From the NCBI RefSeq assembly GCF_009914755.1, contig NC_060929.1: a stretch of 64,000 nucleotides of DNA. One strand, 5' to 3'. This document shows, piece after piece, positions 58,881-64,000 of this stretch. Under the pieces are notes generated by a model. That model had not been told where the DNA came from and searched no databases. It was given only the letters and a program-made list of their open reading frames with translations. A program made the position numbers and the translations under genes. Origin of the DNA: the human T2T-CHM13v2.0 reference genome, Homo sapiens. Positions within the stretch are counted from its first letter, which is position 1, and each line of letters starts with the position of its first letter.

Positions 58881-59711
58881 TGAGTGAGGAAGGCACTCCA
58901 AAGTATGGATACCCTGAGACATGGGGCTAGGGCAGAGGTCCTCCTTTTGCCTGGGATCCAAGGGCAAGAGTGACCTTAAGATAAAAATGTGACCTAAGAA
59001 TTTCACACTCATCAAAGTTTGAACATGTTTAAAACTATAGGAATATTTTCCCCATGAGTCCAGAGACGGCCTAAAAATCTACATCCAAGAAATTAATGGT
59101 ACACACTGAATTTTACTACCAGACCAAACTAAAGCCAATATGAGAAATAGGGAGACAGAAGAGAATGCTAATGTTATATGTCTTGAAAATGTTGAAATGC
59201 CATATTCAACACACTTTGAGAAAGCAAAATGAAAAAAAATTGCTTAATAGAGTAAGTATACTGATTTTTTTTATTTTAATAGCTAGGAGCAAAGTGTCTC
59301 ATTAAAACTGACAAGCCAACAGAGTCATAAGCACATTTGAGTATAAAGAATAACATTAATAAAGTTGACGCAATCAACTAAAAATAAAATTAAATAGTGA
59401 ACGAGAGTGAAGAGATAAAAAAAAACTTATTAATTTATTAATTGCTTAAAATAGGAAATTTACAGATACTTTCTAAGGAAACAAAAGACTAAATTATTAA
59501 ATAAATGTATTATTATACAAGTAAACATTAGGACATATCTCTCTTCCATCAGGGAAATATACACACAAAAAAAGAAGGTAAAGACAATAGTCAGCATAGT
59601 GAATGTTTTTTAAAAATCTACAACAAAACATAGCATAAAATAATATAGTTAGGTCCAAATATACATCATACCACTAAATGTAAATGAATTAATAAAAAAC
59701 AAAATAGTATT

Positions 59712-60011
<300 letters not shown>

Positions 60012-60176
60012 TTAGTAGTATATAAAAAAAATATTTAACTTCCCTATTAAAATAAAAATGCTTTCAAGATTGGGTAACGAAGTAAAGTTCATCTTGGGCA
60101 CTGTGACTAAGAAAGGATTGGAAAAAAAGAAGGTCATCAAAGGTATATCAGGCAAATGGGAACAAAAGAAAGCAGT

Positions 60177-60330
60177 ATTTTTACCCGGCAGGAGTTATCA
60201 TGATCACGAAGGTGGTTTTCCAGGGCAAGCCTCAACCATTGCACTCCGGATATGCTGACCCGCATGATTTCCCCAAATGTAGGAAACTCAACTGCATAAT
60301 TTTTGAAGGACTGCATTGCACTCTCTTCTG
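60177..60330 (+). pseudogene. U1 snRNA retropseudogene (possibly RNU1-17P; unverified)
   Basis: catgatcacgaaggtggttttccaggg...ccattgcactccggatatgctgacc...atttccccaaatgtaggaaactcaactgcataattt matches U1; followed by an A-rich tail; no PSE or 3' box evident. Confidence 0.92.
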
Positions 60331-60439
60331 ATTTAAAAAATTTAAAATTTTTAAATATAAAAATAAAAATAAAATATTTAGGATATTAATACGATACAAG
60401 GTAGACTTCAAGCCAAAACCATTAGCTAAGACAAATAAA

Positions 60440-61680
60440 GACAATTCCTAATACTAAAGTGTGGCATGATCCTAATAAAATGCCCACAGGATTTTACTGT
60501 GGAGTTGGATAAGTTCATATTAAAGGTTAAGTGGAAAATAAACACGAAAAGTCGTGAAATCTCTTTTTAAAAAGAAGAGGAATGAGGGGGATACTACTCC
60601 TTCCAGATGGTTTACTGTATAATAGACTCTAAAACTCAATAATTTAAACATTGTGACTTGAATGCTTGAAGAGATAGATCTGTGGAATGGTAAAGAAAGT
60701 TTATAAATAGACCCATTTTCTTGTGGAATTTAGTATGTGATAATGGTGTAACACAGGCCAATAAAGTACAGACAGATTATACGAGACAGGTTGTTGGAAC
60801 TCCTAGTTAGCCATCTGAAAAAAAGAATAATTTTGGACACATATTTGTCCTTTACACCAGGACAAATTCAAAATGGATCAAGGATTTAAATGTAAAAAAG
60901 AATCAAAACGATAACTAAATTAAACCATGGCTGAATTCCTTATTGACCCTTCAGGAAGGTCTTTCTAAAACATTAACATAAAACCAAGAAGCATAAAAAA
61001 GATTCATAAATCAACTCCTATGTATCACAAACCTGCAAAATCAAGTCAAAAGTTAAATTGAAAATTGTAACAAGTATTTACAACTCACAAATTTATCTCA
61101 TAAAGAGCTGAACTTCCCAATATATTAAAAGCTTCTGTGAATGAGAATAATAAGCCAATAGATAAAATGAGGTGTGATGAGCAAGTTCCCAGAAAAAGAA
61201 ATACAAACAACTCTAAAACTAGGAAGAGATCTCAACCTCAGTCATGATGAGAGAAATGCAAATTCAGTCTCTCCGTAACACCATCCTTCACTTTCAGTTT
61301 TGTAAGTAAAATAAATAGTAAATAAAATAAAAAGTTTACTCATGGGAGTGTAAATTGGAACAAACTCTATTGAGGGAAATTTGTGATCTTTATCAAAATT
61401 ATTAATGACAAATACTGTGAATCAGCAATTCATTTGTAGAAATGTAGCATACAGATACTCTCACAAGTGTACAAAATGATGTATATCCAAGGCTACTCAT
61501 TGCAGTGTTGCTTGTGAGAGCAAAGGCAGGACACAGCTGAAATGCTCATCAACCGAAATGATTGGTTAAATTGGTTACATAAAGTATGGTACATGCATGC
61601 ACGGAATAAAAACAGCCATCAAAAATGAAGAGCAGTTTGAACTGATATGGAATAATTGTCAATTATTAATTGTCTGGTAA
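60440..61680 (+). mobile_element. Old L1ME-like ORF2 / 3' fragments
   Basis: aaaatggatcaaggatttaaatgtaaaa, gagagaaatgcaaatt, gggagtgtaaattggaacaaac. Confidence 0.65.
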
Positions 61681-61741
61681 TAAGTCCTGGAATTAAGCAG
61701 TAGCTTTCCAGATTAAGGGCTGGAATATACATATATATTTA

Positions 61742-62285
<544 letters not shown>

Positions 62286-64000
62286 TCTTTCTGAGTAAAC
62301 CATTAGACTTTCTTTATTTATATCCCTAGTTCATTCAGAGAAAAAGTTAGATGTTCTCAGTAATACATAAAATACAGTTTTTACTACGTGAGTAAAGAAA
62401 ACTAGTAAACTAGGAATCAGGGTTAAAGGGTGATGTGAAACCTGCAAGCATAGACAAGTCCAAAAAGGAAACCTACAAGGTGCTGTACATTTGAAAACAT
62501 AGGATATGAATTCCACTCTTGGATTTCAAGAGTCCAGTGTGGAAGGAGACAATGTTAGCTACATAAACTACAGTGTCCATGAGTTTTAAAGATTAAAAGT
62601 GCATAAATATTGTTGGTAATGACACCAGAGAGAAATGTTCCCCTTGGTATTCCTAAAGGCATCTCAATGTCATTACAGCAAACACAGCTCGGGTTTTACA
62701 AAGTTGTTTCCTTTAATGTATATTGACGCCATGCTACTAAAGCACAGTTCAATGTGGCAAAAGCAATTCAACAAGGACCGAATGAAGCTGTCCTGGATGG
62801 CAGACTGGGGATTAGGAAGTGGACGCTCAGGAAAAGAATAAAGGAATATTCCTCAAATAATTCTCCGTAAATTAGATTTTTTTCTCACTGAAGTTGTATG
62901 GAGTATCCTTGAACTCAGTTATACAAATACACCCTAGAAGTTATCCCGGGTCCTTCTACTGTCAGTTAATGTCACATATGAGGGTTTTCACAAACCCTTG
63001 CAGTGGAAAATATCTTGACATCTTCTTTGGGAAGCTTAGAAGCCCAAGAACAGCAATAGCATATGCTGAATGGGAGACCTTCCCTTCCGGAAGGGGGCGA
63101 CTAGCCAAGACACTGAGGGCACGAGCCGTCTAGTTCTCCAGTGTCTCCCACATATGCCTCCCAGGATGGCAAAGTCTCATGTTATAAGTGACAGCAACAA
63201 TAATGTAGACCTCAAAATTATTTTAACCACATATGACCAAATTCTCTCCTGGGCCGTGAAAATGTATCAAAAAAGTACTCGAGGAATGTTTAACCTTGAG
63301 CAACGTAATTCCCTCTTTGAAATTCCAGTGGAGATTGGTTGCAGACTGTATGCCCACAGAAAAATGGTGAGCCCCACAGTAAAAGGCTGGGTCCCAACTC
63401 CCAGAAAATTCCCTGATATGTGGCAGTCATGAAATAAAGATTTGTTGAATAAATTCCTAAGTATGGTCGTTAGCCATAAACCTGTTAAATATTGGGCCTC
63501 TTCTACCAAAACGATGCTGGTATTGATGTCAAAATAGTGGCTTTGTTGGTTCTTCATTTCTGTACATCAATGCTAAGGACACTTGTCTATTCGGGTTCCT
63601 AGGGAACTTGGACTGTAAGTCATATCAGATGACAGCTCTGACATTCTCTGCACATTACTACCTATAAACCTGTTCTGTCCATATCTGTAATGGAGAGGCC
63701 ATAGCTGCCCTTTATGGCTGTTTCAGAGTCACCGCACACTCGTAGCTAAGTCGTTCCCTATGTCCAGTGCCAAACCATCTTTGACTCAAGGTTTTCTTTC
63801 TCAGTAGCCAGATGGCAGAGAAAACCACTGATCTCCATATCTTTTAAATAATAATATTTGTACATCAAGATACAATAAAAGCATTCTCTAACTTTTCCTT
63901 ATAATGTGCCTTCTGTTGTTGTCATTATTTTTTGAATATTCCCCTCTTTCCTCACATCTTTGTTGAAGAGAACGGCATCCCCAGTCCTTGAGTTAAATGA

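Noticed and set aside
62635-63557. ORFs of 68-120 aa near the window end
   Set aside because: No recognisable motifs or splice structure; lengths compatible with chance.

Overview
Primate (very probably human) intergenic DNA with no intact protein-coding gene. The first ~18 kb is GC-rich. It carries a CpG island (~4.25-5.15 kb), a 28 x 20-bp minisatellite, dense Alus, solo LTRs and an orphan FAM153-like two-exon module, which has a diverged inverted paralog 2 kb away. The remaining ~46 kb is AT- and L1-rich. It contains a family-2 olfactory-receptor pseudogene (23526-24457, minus strand), a much more decayed OR relic missed by the ORF track (~53527-53869, minus), a U1 snRNA retropseudogene, a retroposed mRNA 3'-UTR with target-site duplications (TSDs), and a near-perfect 101-bp palindrome. 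The most striking signal is a HERV-K(HML-2) LTR5 solo LTR (20246-21260) with strand-specific CC>CT substitution, consistent with APOBEC3G hypermutation, nested inside a piggyBac MITE. From memory, the gene order fits human 5q35.3 between FLT4 and OR2Y1, but this is unverified. Repeat family and subfamily names come from recalled consensus sequences and need RepeatMasker/Dfam confirmation. Old-repeat boundaries are approximate.
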